Source: Vulcanimicrobiota bacterium (GTDB taxonomy: Bacteria > Vulcanimicrobiota > Vulcanimicrobiia > Eremiobacterales > Eremiobacteraceae). Taken from it: a stretch of DNA of 64,000 nt. Positions within the stretch are counted from its first letter, which is position 1, and the number at the start of each line of letters is the position of its first letter. A program made the translations under genes and the position numbers. Positions 51,397 through 61,758 of the stretch are shown piece after piece. Below the pieces are notes generated by a model. It was not told where the DNA came from. It saw nothing but the letters and a program-made list of their open reading frames with translations, and ran no database searches. The stretch is from assembly GCA_963805945.1 (NCBI GenBank), contig CAWDVP010000002.1, forward strand, positions 576,001 to 640,000, read 5' to 3'.

Positions 51397-52053
51397 CCGC
51401 GTCGAGGCGGTGCTCTTCGTCGCCGACAAGCCGGCGTCCGAAAAGGAGATCTGCGCCGCCACAGGCGCCGCGCCCGCCGAAGTGCGCGCCGCGCTGCGTG
51501 AGATCGGCGCCGGGCTCGACGGTCATGGTCTCGCGCTGCGCGAGGTCGCGCGGCGGCTGGCGGCTCGTCACGCATCCCGACTGCCGCGACGACGTCGAAC
51601 GCTTCCTCTTGCCGCCGAAGACGCACATGTCGCAGGCGTCGCTCGAAACGCTTTCCATCGTCGCCTACCTGCAGCCGGTGACGCGCGCCGAAGTCGAAAG
51701 CCTGCGCGGCGTCAACGTCGACGGCGTCATGCAGACGCTCGAGGATCGCCGGCTCATCAAAGAACTGGGGCGCAAAGAGACGGTCGGCAGGCCGATCGAA
51801 TACGGCACGACCGACGGTTTCTTGGAAGCGTTCGGACTGCGTTCGCTCGACGATCTGCCGCCGCTGCCGGAAGGCGCACCGCGCCGGATCGGCGGCCAGG
51901 TGATCCCGATGCCGCTGTCCGCGCGGCGCCAAGAAGAGATCGGGCAGATCCACGAGTCGGTGGAAGGCCACGAAGGCGACCAGGTGCCGCATTCGCGAGT
52001 CGAAGCTCGAGCACAGCGTCGCAGAAGAACTCGCGCACGCCCTCGACGAGTGA
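51380..52053 (+). CDS. scpB: segregation and condensation protein B, frameshifted
   Basis: VEAVLFVA, SQASLETLSIVAYLQPVTR..RGVN, GRPIEYGTT..FGL. Confidence 0.9.
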
Positions 52054-52844
52054 GGTATCCGTCGGATTTCGATACGCTCGTCGAGGAGTACGTGCGCTAT
52101 CGGACATCCTATTCCAGCGAACTGTTCGACGTCGTCGCGGAGTACATCGGCCGGTCGCCTGACAAACGCGTGCTCGACGCGGCATGCGGCACAGGGCTTG
52201 CCACCCTTGGCCTGCTCGAGCGCGGCTTCGCCGTCACCGGCATCGACGTCGCAGAGCGGATGCTCGAGGTCGCGCGTTCGAGCATGCCCGCCGGCGCCGA
52301 CGCAGCGTTCTATCCGGGCCGCGCGGAGGCGCTGCCGTTCGCGGACGCCGCCTTCTCCGGCGTCATCTGCGCTCAGGCGTTCCACTGGTTCGACGAGGCG
52401 CTCGCGCTCGCGGAGTTCGCCCGGGTGCTGCAGAACGGCGGCGCGCTCGCGATCTTCTGGAAGCACGCGCGCCCCGACGACCGCTATGCGCGCGCGGTGA
52501 GAGAACTGCTCACGCAGTGGACCGGCCGCTCTGAGGCGCCGATGGAGAGCAGTTTCCGCGACTCGCTCGCCGCGTTCTGGTCCGAGATCGGCGGTTCGGG
52601 CGAGGGCCGGCACGGCTCGCTGTTCGGCGAGGCCGAACTGCGCATGCTGCGCTTCGGGTTGCGCTACGACGTCGATTCCTACGTCGGCTATCATCGCTCG
52701 CGGGAGAACCTGCGCATCGCGCTCGGCGATCGGCGCGAGCAGTTCCTCGACGAGGTGCGCAAGGAGATCGAGGCGTTGGCGCCGTCGTCGGGCGAGTTCG
52801 AGGTCGAGCAGGACCAGTTCTTATATCTCGCGCGCAAGCGCTGA
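52050..52844 (+). CDS. class I SAM-dependent methyltransferase
   Basis: VLDAACGTG, AEALPF, AQAFHWFD; GTGA overlap with the scpB stop. Confidence 0.85.
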   Translation: MRYPSDFDTLVEEYVRYRTSYSSELFDVVAEYIGRSPDKRVLDAACGTGLATLGLLERGFAVTGIDVAERMLEVARSSMPAGADAAFYPGRAEALPFADAAFSGVICAQAFHWFDEALALAEFARVLQNGGALAIFWKHARPDDRYARAVRELLTQWTGRSEAPMESSFRDSLAAFWSEIGGSGEGRHGSLFGEAELRMLRFGLRYDVDSYVGYHRSRENLRIALGDRREQFLDEVRKEIEALAPSSGEFEVEQDQFLYLARKR

Positions 52845-52860
52845 GAATCCCAACGGACTT

Positions 52861-52929
52861 GGAGCGGTCGAATTTATTCGACCGACCCTCACGTAAAAAA
52901 AAAGACGGTCGAGTAAACTCGACCGCTAC
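52861..52929. repeat. inverted REP doublet (REPIN-like), family B
   Basis: Plus strand GGAG-CGGTCGAAT-TT-ATTCGACCG (52861-52884); minus strand GTAG-CGGTCGAGT-TT-ACTCGACCG (52929-52906). Confidence 0.85.
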
Positions 52930-52965
52930 ATAGGAGAACCCGTACGGCAGGCTAACCAGGTGCGC

Positions 52966-53835
52966 ATGCGATTCGGCGTGCACGTCGGCATCGGCGCCGG
53001 CTTTCCGCGCAAGACGATCGACGAGGCGCTCGCCGCCGGCTGCGATTGCATCCAGATCTTCGCCGGCAACCCGCGCGGCTGGCGGCGCGCGCCGTACGAC
53101 CCGAAGCCATGGCAAGAGTTCCTACGGCTGCGCGAGGAGCACGGCATCGCGCCCGTCGTCATCCACACCTCATACCTCATCAATCTAACCACCGCCGACC
53201 GCACGCTGCACGCCAATAGCGCGCGGCTCGTCGCGTACGATCTTGACGTCGCGGCCAAGGGCGGCATCGAGTACGTCAATACCCATCTCGGCAGTTACGG
53301 CGATCAGGACCGGGCGAAGGGATTTGCGCGCGTCTGCGCCACCATCGAAAAAGTCGTGAGCGCCGCCAAACCCGGTCCGATGCTGCTGCTCGAGAACTCG
53401 GCCGGCGCGGGAAATCTGTGCGGCGGCACGCTCGAGGAACTGGGCGCCATCCTCAAAGCGGTCGGCAGCGCGCGCGTTGGCGTGTGCCTGGACACCGCGC
53501 ACGCCTGGGCGTCCGGTTATGATATCCATACCGCCCATGGGGTCGACGACTTCGTCGCCGCGATCGACAAGCATATCGGCAGCGCGCGCGTGCGCGCGCT
53601 GCATTGCAATGACACCAAGGTCGAACTCGGGGCGAAGCGCGATCTGCACTGGCACGTGGCAAAGGGGCGCATCGGCAGCGCGGGTTTCCGGGCCTTGCTG
53701 CGGCGTCCCGAATTCGCACACGCGGCGGTCATCTGCGAAACGCCGAAGACTCCAGAAGATGACAAGGGCAACGTCGCGACCGTACGGCGTTTGGCAGGTG
53801 CGCCGCCGCGCCGCGCGCGGGCGAAGAAAGCTTGA
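52966..53835 (+). CDS. nfo: endonuclease IV
   Basis: GVHV, QIF..NPR, HTSYLINL, LLENSAG, CLDTAH, HCND..DLH, ETP. Confidence 0.92.
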   Translation: MRFGVHVGIGAGFPRKTIDEALAAGCDCIQIFAGNPRGWRRAPYDPKPWQEFLRLREEHGIAPVVIHTSYLINLTTADRTLHANSARLVAYDLDVAAKGGIEYVNTHLGSYGDQDRAKGFARVCATIEKVVSAAKPGPMLLLENSAGAGNLCGGTLEELGAILKAVGSARVGVCLDTAHAWASGYDIHTAHGVDDFVAAIDKHIGSARVRALHCNDTKVELGAKRDLHWHVAKGRIGSAGFRALLRRPEFAHAAVICETPKTPEDDKGNVATVRRLAGAPPRRARAKKA

Positions 53836-53891
53836 TCGACGAGGCGCCCGGGACGTGACATTTTGGGCATTGGGAGAGTAAGAGAAGCGAT

Positions 53892-54851
53892 ATGAACAGC
53901 ATGAGAAACGCTGCCTTGTGGGCTGCCACGTGCACGCTTGGCGTGCTCGCGCTCGAGTTGGCCGGTCCGCTCGAGGCGATGGCGCGCGCGGGCGGTGGCG
54001 GGCACTACGGCGGCGGCGGCGGCGGCTCCCACAGCGGTGGTGGCGGCTATGGCGGCGGCGGCTATGGCGGTGGCGGCGGCGGGCTCTTCAGCCTGTGGCC
54101 GTTGTTCTTCCTCGGCCACGGCAGCTTCGGCGTCATCATCGTCCTGATCGTCATCTACTATCTGTGGAACCGCATGCAGGCGAACGCGCAAGCGCAAGGC
54201 GGCGTCGCGCCGTTGTTCCAGCCGGGCAGCGAGGCGGCGCCGGTGACGAAACAGTTCATGGACCAGCCGACGCGGACCGTCGATCCTGCGGCGATCGCCG
54301 CAGGCGAAGCTGCCATCAAGGCGCACGACCCGGGCTTCGACGAGCGCACGTTCCTCGACCGGGCGCAGACGGCGTTCTTCAAGATCCAGCAGGCATGGAT
54401 GGCGCGCAACCAGGACATCGCGCGCGATTCGATGAGCGACGCGCTCTACATGCGCCACAAGATGCAGACCGACCAGCTCATCGCAGCGCATCAGATCGAC
54501 GTCCTCGAGAACATCGTCATCGGCCATGCGAAGGTCGTCGAGGTCACCGCCGGCAAGCCGTTCGATTCGATCGCGGTGGCGTTCACCGCGAGCATGACCG
54601 ACTACACCATCGACGAGAACACGAAACAGGTCGTCGACGGCGAGCGCGCGCCCAGCACCTTCACCGAGTTCTGGACCTACATCCGGCGTGCCGACGCGAC
54701 CACCGCGGTCGGCGCGACCGGCCTCGCGTCGACCTGCCCGTCGTGCGGCGCACCGCTCAAGCTCACCAACGGGGTCTGCGATTATTGCGGCGCGCCGGTG
54801 CGCACATCGTCGTCGGACTGGGTGGTCGACCAGATCGAGCAGGCGTTTTGA
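53892..54851 (+). CDS. Tim44-like domain protein with Gly-rich N-terminus and C-terminal zinc ribbon
   Basis: ARAGGG..G-rich, TM, DPGFDE..FL, EFWTY, CPSCG..CDYCG. Confidence 0.8.
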   Translation: MNSMRNAALWAATCTLGVLALELAGPLEAMARAGGGGHYGGGGGGSHSGGGGYGGGGYGGGGGGLFSLWPLFFLGHGSFGVIIVLIVIYYLWNRMQANAQAQGGVAPLFQPGSEAAPVTKQFMDQPTRTVDPAAIAAGEAAIKAHDPGFDERTFLDRAQTAFFKIQQAWMARNQDIARDSMSDALYMRHKMQTDQLIAAHQIDVLENIVIGHAKVVEVTAGKPFDSIAVAFTASMTDYTIDENTKQVVDGERAPSTFTEFWTYIRRADATTAVGATGLASTCPSCGAPLKLTNGVCDYCGAPVRTSSSDWVVDQIEQAF

Positions 54852-55189
54852 GCGATACGGACGGCGAGCTCAACTTCGAGCGGCGCCGCTACCCCCGTTT
54901 CAACGTCAAGCTGCCGGTCGAGTTCACCATCGTCGCGGAGAGCCGGCGCTGCCGGGCGATCGTCGATAACATCAGCCTCGCCGGCGTGCTGATCCTCACC
55001 GACGAGAAGCTCGAGCAGGGCACGCCGGTGATCGTGCATCTGCCGGGCGGCCCGACCGGGCTGTTCGACATCGAGGCGAGCATCGTGCGCACCTCGGTGG
55101 TCGGCGAGTTCGGAGTGGCGTTCGGGGCGATGAGCGAAGACGAGATCGAGTGGGTGACGAGCTTCGTAGAGAACCGCTCGGCGCTCTAG
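54848..55189 (+). CDS. PilZ domain protein
   Basis: ERRRYPR (RxxxR) and NISLAG (D/NxSxxG). Confidence 0.85.
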   Translation: MSDTDGELNFERRRYPRFNVKLPVEFTIVAESRRCRAIVDNISLAGVLILTDEKLEQGTPVIVHLPGGPTGLFDIEASIVRTSVVGEFGVAFGAMSEDEIEWVTSFVENRSAL

Positions 55190-55196
55190 ATAGCGC

Positions 55197-56870
55197 CTAG
55201 CGCTCGAGGATGAAGCGCCCGCCGCTGTAGTCGAGGAAGACCGCGGTGAAGCGCGAGAGCACGCCCGCGCCGACCAAGCCGTCCGATAGGGTGGGCACGA
55301 ACGCGCCGGTCGGCTGCATGACGATCTCCGTCGCGACGCGGTCGACCTCCAGATTTCCGAGATTCAGCTTCGAGACATATGCGGTCTTGATGTGGATGCT
55401 GCCGCCCGCGCCGCTGGCCTGTGCCATCGAGCTGAAGTACGACGACACGTCGGTGTGGCTGGACGCGTCGGTGCCCGCCACCGTCTGCCCGCGCGAGCGC
55501 TGGCTGCCGGCTTGGTTCGGATCCAGCGGCGCACCGGCGTCCGTCGCGAGATCGCCGGGTCGCAGAAAATCACGCGAGTGCGTCGACGCGAAATCCTGAT
55601 ACAGGGTGAGCCCCGAGTTGCTGCCAGTGTCGATGGTGAAGGTCACCGGATCCTTGTCCCCGATCGTCGCCGCGACGTAGGGTAGGCGGTTGGTCGCATC
55701 GAGCGACAGCACGAGGCCGTTCCCCGCGTACCTGAACGCGCTCGGCTCGATGAATTGCACTTGTCCGCGCCCGTAGCTGATGCGCGTCACGACGTGCGCG
55801 AGCACGTCGAAGCCGAGCACGCCTTTGATGCCATAGCCGCGGATCTTCGCGGGTAGGCCGAGCGGCACCGCGGTGAGCACGATCGGGTGGAAGCGCAGCC
55901 CGCCGAGGTCCAGGCTGTCCGCGAGCGCCGACTCGCCGGTGAGCATAGTGGCGCCCGCCACGTGTGAGCTGCCGCCCATCGGCAGGCCAAGCGTCTTGGC
56001 CTCGTCGAGATCGATGAGCGACGTCGAACTGCCAGAATCGAGCAAGAACTTGGCGTTCTGACCGTTGATGCGCGCGCTGATCACGATGAGCGAGAGCGGC
56101 GAGTCGAAGTTCAAGGAGACGTCGCTTCGCCCGGCGGGGAACTCGGGCAAACGCGGCGGCGGAGGGGCGAAGCTCACCGTGGGCGGGTCGAAGACGACGT
56201 CGGTCACGGTGGTGGTGACGCTCGAACCGTCCTGCGTCTCGACGATGCGCGTCGGCAGCGTGAGTCCGCCGAAGCGGGCGTACTCGGGATAGCGGACGAC
56301 GCGCGCGCCGACGTCCACGCCGTCGACAAGCGCCGTCTGCTCGTCGACGTAGAACAGCGCGGGGTATGAACCGAACTTCGTGCGCAGGCGGTAGACATCG
56401 CGGCCGTCGAGCTGTGCGGTGCCATCCATCGTCCAAGCCACGGCCTCGTCGAGCAGCGCGCCGTTGAAGCCGAGCAAGCGGATGGAGAGCGCGCGCCGGC
56501 GCGTGTTCGCATCCGTGGTGACGTTGCCGTTGACGTCCTGCACCCAGTGGACGATGCCGTCGCTGCCCTCGACGCGTTCGCCGAACGGCATCGACAGCGT
56601 CGTCTTGTAGTGGCCGCTGTCGTCCGAGATCGCCGCATACTTTATCTGGGTGTCACTACGGCTGATGACGCCGTCCCATGACGCGCTCGAACCGGTGAGC
56701 GCACCGATCGCGTGGCGATGGCGCAGCAACAGCGCGCCGAGCTCGGGCGAGCGTGACGCGGGTTGCGCGCTTGCGGGCGCTGCGCTGGGAAGCGCTGGTT
56801 GCGCGGATGGCATCGCAGGGCCGGGCGCCAGCACGAGGGCCGCGACGACACCGATCCAAAGGCCGACCAT
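55197..56870 (-). CDS. secreted retropepsin-like aspartyl protease (two domains)
   Basis: FLLDSGS, GVLGFD, FTIDTGS, DGLVG. Confidence 0.8.
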   Translation of the reverse strand: MVGLWIGVVAALVLAPGPAMPSAQPALPSAAPASAQPASRSPELGALLLRHRHAIGALTGSSASWDGVISRSDTQIKYAAISDDSGHYKTTLSMPFGERVEGSDGIVHWVQDVNGNVTTDANTRRRALSIRLLGFNGALLDEAVAWTMDGTAQLDGRDVYRLRTKFGSYPALFYVDEQTALVDGVDVGARVVRYPEYARFGGLTLPTRIVETQDGSSVTTTVTDVVFDPPTVSFAPPPPRLPEFPAGRSDVSLNFDSPLSLIVISARINGQNAKFLLDSGSSTSLIDLDEAKTLGLPMGGSSHVAGATMLTGESALADSLDLGGLRFHPIVLTAVPLGLPAKIRGYGIKGVLGFDVLAHVVTRISYGRGQVQFIEPSAFRYAGNGLVLSLDATNRLPYVAATIGDKDPVTFTIDTGSNSGLTLYQDFASTHSRDFLRPGDLATDAGAPLDPNQAGSQRSRGQTVAGTDASSHTDVSSYFSSMAQASGAGGSIHIKTAYVSKLNLGNLEVDRVATEIVMQPTGAFVPTLSDGLVGAGVLSRFTAVFLDYSGGRFILER

Positions 56871-56951
56871 GCGGCAGACTTCGGGATGCAGGGTCGCGAT
56901 TACCCTGGCCGGCGCAGGCTGGGCGCGGTGGCGGACGGGAGGTTCGGAGGG

Positions 56952-58712
56952 CTAGCTCGCCTTGATCTTGCGCCCGGCCACCCACGTCTCGGTGACCTTG
57001 ATCTTCTGGATCTGCTCGATCGGTATGGCGCGCGGGTCGTCCGCCAATATGACGAGGTCTGCTTGTTTGCCGACTTCGAGCGAACCGAGGCTTTGCGCCA
57101 TGCCGATCTGCGCGGCCGCGTAGATCGTCATCGCCCGCAGCGCGTCGCTGGGCGGGATCACCTGCTGCGGGCCGATGACTGACGAATCGGCGGAGCAGCG
57201 GCGGGTGACCGCCGTGCCGATGAGTTGCAACGGGCCTGGTTTCGTCACCGGTGCGTCCGAGTGCAGCGTGAACGGCAAACCGAGCGCGACGCACTGCCCG
57301 GCCGGGTCCATGTGCGCCGCGCGCTCGGGCCCGAAGAGCTCATCGCGATACGCGGCGCCGTAGTAGTACACGTGGTTCATCAGGAAACTCGGTTGGACGC
57401 CGAGCTTCTGCATGCGTTGGATCTGATCGGGCCGCGCCATCGTGCAGTGCTCGATGCGGTTGATGCCGGTGGCCGGGTTGGCGCCGTAGACCTGCTCGAT
57501 CGCGTCGAGCGCCACCTGGATCGCGGCGTCACCATTGGCGTGGATCGAGACCGGCCAGCCAAGCGACTTGACCTTCTGGCACTTCGCCACGAGCTCCGCG
57601 GCGGAGAAGTTGAGCATGCCCTTCTCGGTCGTGTTCAGATAGGGGATCGTCTGGGCGCCGGTCTTGGTCTGGTTGGAGCCGTCTGCGATGATCTTGACCG
57701 CGTAGAACGAGAGCAGCGAGCCGGGCACCTGCACGGCCTGGGCCCCCGGTTTGCCGTACTTGATGACAAATGCATTGCCCTCATCGAGCTGATCGAATAA
57801 CGGACTGGAACTGAGCCGCACCGGCGTGGTGCTCGCCTCGGCGAGCCGCTCGTATCCGCCGAGCAGATCGTCGGTGCGTCCAGGCACGCCGCTGCCTGCC
57901 TCGTGCAGCGTCGTCATGCCGGTCGAGGCGCAGTGCTGCATGAACTGCTTGAACGCGGTCGCGACGCCCGCCGGCGTGATCTGCAAGCCGCCGTAGAAAT
58001 AATCCATATTGGTCTCGAACGCGACGCCGGTGAGCTCGCCGTTCGCATCGCGCGAGAAGTGACCGCCGCCGGGCTTGTCCGGCGTGCTCTTCGTGACGTT
58101 GCTCGCGCGCATCGCGGCGCTGTTGAACGACGCGGTGTGCCCGTTGTTGTACTGCACGTAGATTGGAATGGTCGCCGAGGCGTGATCGAGCTCTTGAAGC
58201 GTGAGCTCTCCGCCTTGCAGCAGGTTGTCGAAATCGGCGGCATAGATCCACTCGCCGGCCTTCTTCTTGGCGGCCGCGGCTTTGAGGGCGGCGAGCAGCG
58301 TCCCTTTGTCCGTGTACAGATCGGGACCGCACGGCGAGAAGAACGTGTTGAGGATCGCGGCGCCGATCGGGTGGAGGTGCGGATCGATGAAGCCGGGCAG
58401 CACGGTGCGGCCGCCGAGATCGATCACCTTGGTCGCGGTGGTCTTGTGCGGCATCACGTCGGCCTCGTCGCCGAGCGCGACGATGCGGTCACCGGCGATC
58501 GCCATCGCCCGGACATCGGGCTGCGTGCCGGCCATGGTGATGAAGACCGCGTTGCGCAGGATGATCTGCGGCTGCTCCGCCGCGCGCGCGCCACGCACGC
58601 CGGCCGCGAGCAGCGAGAGCAGTGCGCCGGAGCCGGCGAGGAATTCGCCGCGCGTGGGCAACGCCTTGGCGAAGATGTCGGTGAAGGCCGGGGAGACGCA
58701 CGTGCGGCACAT
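56952..58712 (-). CDS. amidohydrolase family 3 (YtcJ-like)
   Basis: PGFIDPHLH, KIIADGS, HANGD, RIEH, HSDAP, GSLEVGKQADL. Confidence 0.9.
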   Translation of the reverse strand: MCRTCVSPAFTDIFAKALPTRGEFLAGSGALLSLLAAGVRGARAAEQPQIILRNAVFITMAGTQPDVRAMAIAGDRIVALGDEADVMPHKTTATKVIDLGGRTVLPGFIDPHLHPIGAAILNTFFSPCGPDLYTDKGTLLAALKAAAAKKKAGEWIYAADFDNLLQGGELTLQELDHASATIPIYVQYNNGHTASFNSAAMRASNVTKSTPDKPGGGHFSRDANGELTGVAFETNMDYFYGGLQITPAGVATAFKQFMQHCASTGMTTLHEAGSGVPGRTDDLLGGYERLAEASTTPVRLSSSPLFDQLDEGNAFVIKYGKPGAQAVQVPGSLLSFYAVKIIADGSNQTKTGAQTIPYLNTTEKGMLNFSAAELVAKCQKVKSLGWPVSIHANGDAAIQVALDAIEQVYGANPATGINRIEHCTMARPDQIQRMQKLGVQPSFLMNHVYYYGAAYRDELFGPERAAHMDPAGQCVALGLPFTLHSDAPVTKPGPLQLIGTAVTRRCSADSSVIGPQQVIPPSDALRAMTIYAAAQIGMAQSLGSLEVGKQADLVILADDPRAIPIEQIQKIKVTETWVAGRKIKAS

Positions 58713-58749
58713 GAGGGCTACCGATCCAGCTCTGTTCCGAAGAGCGACG

Positions 58750-58843
58750 TGGCGGGAGAAGATAGGAATCGAACCTACCGGTCCCCTTGCGAAGACCAAC
58801 TGGTTTTGAAGACCAGCAGGGGCACCAGCCCCATGCTTCTCCC
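58750..58843 (-). tRNA. selC: tRNA-Sec (anticodon TCA)
   Basis: 8-bp acceptor stem GGGAGAAG/CTTCTCCC, extended D-stem with TGGT loop, CTTCAAA anticodon loop, long variable arm, TTCGATT, GCCA end. Confidence 0.95.
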
Positions 58844-58904
58844 ACGAAGCATCAGTCGTGCCCGGACGAAGTTCGGGTCACGCATGCCATCTCTTGCTTC
58901 TCGG

Positions 58905-60035
58905 CTACGCCGGGGCGGGCGGGGGCGCCGGCGCGGGTTGAGGCGGCGGCGGCGTTGCTGGTTCCGGCAGCGCGTAGCGCGGCACGAGGTTGACGAACAA
59001 CACCTTGATGATGCCGGCGATCGGCACCGCGACGAGCAGACCCAACAGTCCGAAGAGCTCGCCGAAGGTGAGCAGCGCGATGATGACCACGAGCGGCGAG
59101 AGGCCGACGCTTTGCCCGACGACGAGCGGCGCGATGACATGCCCCTCGAGCTGGTTGATGATGACGAAGCCGATGATGACGAAGAGCGCGTTGAGCGGGC
59201 TATTGGTGAACAGCGCGATGAGCACCGCCGGCGCCGCGCCGGCGAACGCGCCGATGTACGGGATAACGTTGAGCACGCCCGCGATGACGCCGATCAAGAT
59301 GGCGAAGCGGACGTGCAGCAGCGTCAGCATGATCGCGATGAGGGTGCCAACGACGATCGCGACGAGCAATTGGCCGCGGATGAAGCCGCCGAGCACCGCG
59401 TTGATCCCATCGATGATCGCCACCGCCTTTGGCTGCGACGGCGGCGGGAACAGGCTCAAGGTCCCGCGGTAGAGCTTGTCGCTGTCTGCCATGAGATAGA
59501 TCGCGACGATAGGCACGATGACGAACAGCACGAGGATCGAGACCGCGGACATGACCACGCCGAGGAAGCCCTTCGTCGCCTCGCCGCCATAGCGGTCTGC
59601 GAGCGTGACCAGCTCCGTCGGCAGCGCCGCGATATAGTCGCGGAGGCCCGGCGTAAGATGCGAGCCGATGGGACTGGCGGGGTCGGAAAGCGTGGCTTGC
59701 GCGTTTTGGGCGATCGCCGGCGCGTCCTGGACGAACTGCCTCACGTTGTCGCTCACCAGGGGCACGATGAACGCGAGCCCGACGCCGACGATCACAATGA
59801 CGACCGCATAGACGATAGCGATGGACGCCCACAATGGCAGACGGGTGTTGAGCCGGCGCACCGCCGGCAGGACCACGTAGCATAAGAAGACGGCGCCGAT
59901 GACGATCACCGTCACGGTGTGGACGCGTCCGAGCAGCTGCAAAAAGCCGATTAGCACGAGCGCAGCGAGCACGACCACGCCGAGCACCTTGAGGGCCGTC
60001 GTCAAGCGCGCGTCGCCAAGCGTCAGGTTCTGCAT
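58905..60035 (-). CDS. AI-2E family transporter
   Basis: GFIRGQ, IPYIG, NQLEGHVIAP..G.SVGLSP, GLLVAVP. Confidence 0.9.
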   Translation of the reverse strand: MQNLTLGDARLTTALKVLGVVVLAALVLIGFLQLLGRVHTVTVIVIGAVFLCYVVLPAVRRLNTRLPLWASIAIVYAVVIVIVGVGLAFIVPLVSDNVRQFVQDAPAIAQNAQATLSDPASPIGSHLTPGLRDYIAALPTELVTLADRYGGEATKGFLGVVMSAVSILVLFVIVPIVAIYLMADSDKLYRGTLSLFPPPSQPKAVAIIDGINAVLGGFIRGQLLVAIVVGTLIAIMLTLLHVRFAILIGVIAGVLNVIPYIGAFAGAAPAVLIALFTNSPLNALFVIIGFVIINQLEGHVIAPLVVGQSVGLSPLVVIIALLTFGELFGLLGLLVAVPIAGIIKVLFVNLVPRYALPEPATPPPPQPAPAPPPAPA

Positions 60036-60104
60036 ACCGACTCCCATACGGCAGGGGCCGCGGCCCCATCCGGAACACACCCGCTCACACGGGGGAAGCA
60101 TCTT

Positions 60105-61745
60105 GTGACTATAGCCGCGTTTCTCCTCATCCTTGCGATCATCGTCGCGCTCGTGGCGCTCGCGAATCGCATCCGCGTCGCCTTTCCGATCGTGCTCGTG
60201 CTCGGCGGCATGCTGCTCGGCTACATACCGGGGTTCCCGGTCATCCTCATGCCGCCCGAACTCGTCCTCGTCGTCTTCTTGCCGCCGCTGCTGTACTGGG
60301 AGAGCGTCACCGCCCCGACGAGCGAGTTCCGTTCGGGGGCGTGGTGGATCTTCCAGATGGCGGTTGGTCTCGTGATCGTCACGACCTGCGCGGTCGCGGT
60401 GGTGGCGCATTGGCTCGAGCCCGCGCTGGGCTGGGCCGCCGCATTCGTGCTCGGCGCCGTCGTCTCATCGACCGATGAGGTCGCGTTCGCGCCGATCGTG
60501 GAACGGCTGCCGCTGCCGCGGCACGTCGTCGCCAGCATCGAGGGCGAGGCGCTCGTCAACGACGCCACGTCGCTCGTTCTGTACGCGGTCGCGGTCGCAG
60601 CCGTCGTCACGGGCACGTTCTCCGTGCGGCAGGCGATCGGAGATCTCGCGCTTGCGGTCGTCGAGGCCGTAGCCATCGGCATCGCCGCCGGCGCGCTCGC
60701 GGTGCTCGCGTGGCGTTTCATCAAAGAAGACGCGTTGCAAGCGATCATCTCGATCTTGACGCCGTACCTCGCCTACCTGCCGGCGCAGCACCTCGGTGCG
60801 TCCGCCGTGCTCGCCGTCGTCACCGCCGGTTTGTTCGTGAACCGCTACACGCCGACCGTCCTCACGCCGAGCGCGCGCGAACGCGCCACCGGTTTCTGGG
60901 GCACCATCACCTTCACCGCCAACGCGCTGATCTTCATCCTCGTCGGGCTCCAGTTCCATCCGGTGGTCGAAAGCCTCGCGCAGTACACCGTCCCGACGCT
61001 CATCTGGTATGGTGTGGCCGTGTCGGCGGTCGTCATCATCGTCCGCGTGCTCTGGACGTTCGGCCAAGCGCTGCTCCCGATCACAAACGAGCCCGAACAC
61101 GTCGGTGGAAAGGCCGAGTGGTCGCACGTGTGGCTGCTCTCGTGGGCGGGCATGCGCGGGGGTGTGTCGATCGCGGCGGCGCTCGCGATCCCCTTCGAGA
61201 CCGCGGCCGGGGAATTTCCTGGCCGCAACCTCATCATCTTCCTCACCTTCTGCGTGCTGTTGGCGACGCTCGTCGGACAGGCGGGCACCATGCCGCTGTT
61301 GATCCGCTGGCTGCATATCGAGGACGACGGAGCGGGCAAGCGCGAAGAGCGGCTCGCGCTCGCCGCGATGGCGCGCGCCGCCCTCACGCGGATCGACAAG
61401 CTCGGCAAGAGCGGTGAGCTGAGCAAAGAGATGTGCGATTTCCTACGCGTGCGTTTCGAGAAACGCTGGCAGGAGTTCAAGCGATCCGACGCCGCCGACG
61501 CGGCCACGAAGGGCGATGCCGCCGAAGGTACTGCCGCGACGGCGCTCTACCGCAAAGCGTCGGCCGATCTGGTCGACGCGCAGCGCACCAAGCTCATCGC
61601 GCTTCGCGACAAAGGCAAGATCGACAACACCGTGATGCGCCGGCTGCAGCGGCTGCTCGATCTGGAATCAGAGGAGATCGTGCTGCTCGGCAGCGCTGGC
61701 CACTCGGCACTCGACGAGGAGATGGGAACGGACGAGTCGTCCTAG
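60105..61745 (+). CDS. CPA1 (NhaP-type) Na+/H+ antiporter
   Basis: FLPPLLY, STD.V, EGEALVNDA, WAGMRGGVS.AAAL. Confidence 0.9.
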   Translation: MTIAAFLLILAIIVALVALANRIRVAFPIVLVLGGMLLGYIPGFPVILMPPELVLVVFLPPLLYWESVTAPTSEFRSGAWWIFQMAVGLVIVTTCAVAVVAHWLEPALGWAAAFVLGAVVSSTDEVAFAPIVERLPLPRHVVASIEGEALVNDATSLVLYAVAVAAVVTGTFSVRQAIGDLALAVVEAVAIGIAAGALAVLAWRFIKEDALQAIISILTPYLAYLPAQHLGASAVLAVVTAGLFVNRYTPTVLTPSARERATGFWGTITFTANALIFILVGLQFHPVVESLAQYTVPTLIWYGVAVSAVVIIVRVLWTFGQALLPITNEPEHVGGKAEWSHVWLLSWAGMRGGVSIAAALAIPFETAAGEFPGRNLIIFLTFCVLLATLVGQAGTMPLLIRWLHIEDDGAGKREERLALAAMARAALTRIDKLGKSGELSKEMCDFLRVRFEKRWQEFKRSDAADAATKGDAAEGTAATALYRKASADLVDAQRTKLIALRDKGKIDNTVMRRLQRLLDLESEEIVLLGSAGHSALDEEMGTDESS

Positions 61746-61758
61746 GGCCGCGCGATCG

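Noticed and set aside
48539..52844. GcvPB-NUDIX-DUF3048 and ScpA-ScpB-methyltransferase fusion proteins
   Set aside because: Joined by out-of-frame segments in an indel-rich tract; separate starts and stops are identifiable.
53990..54085. GGC-rich tandem repeat
   Set aside because: Encodes the ordinary Gly-rich linker of the Tim44-like protein.
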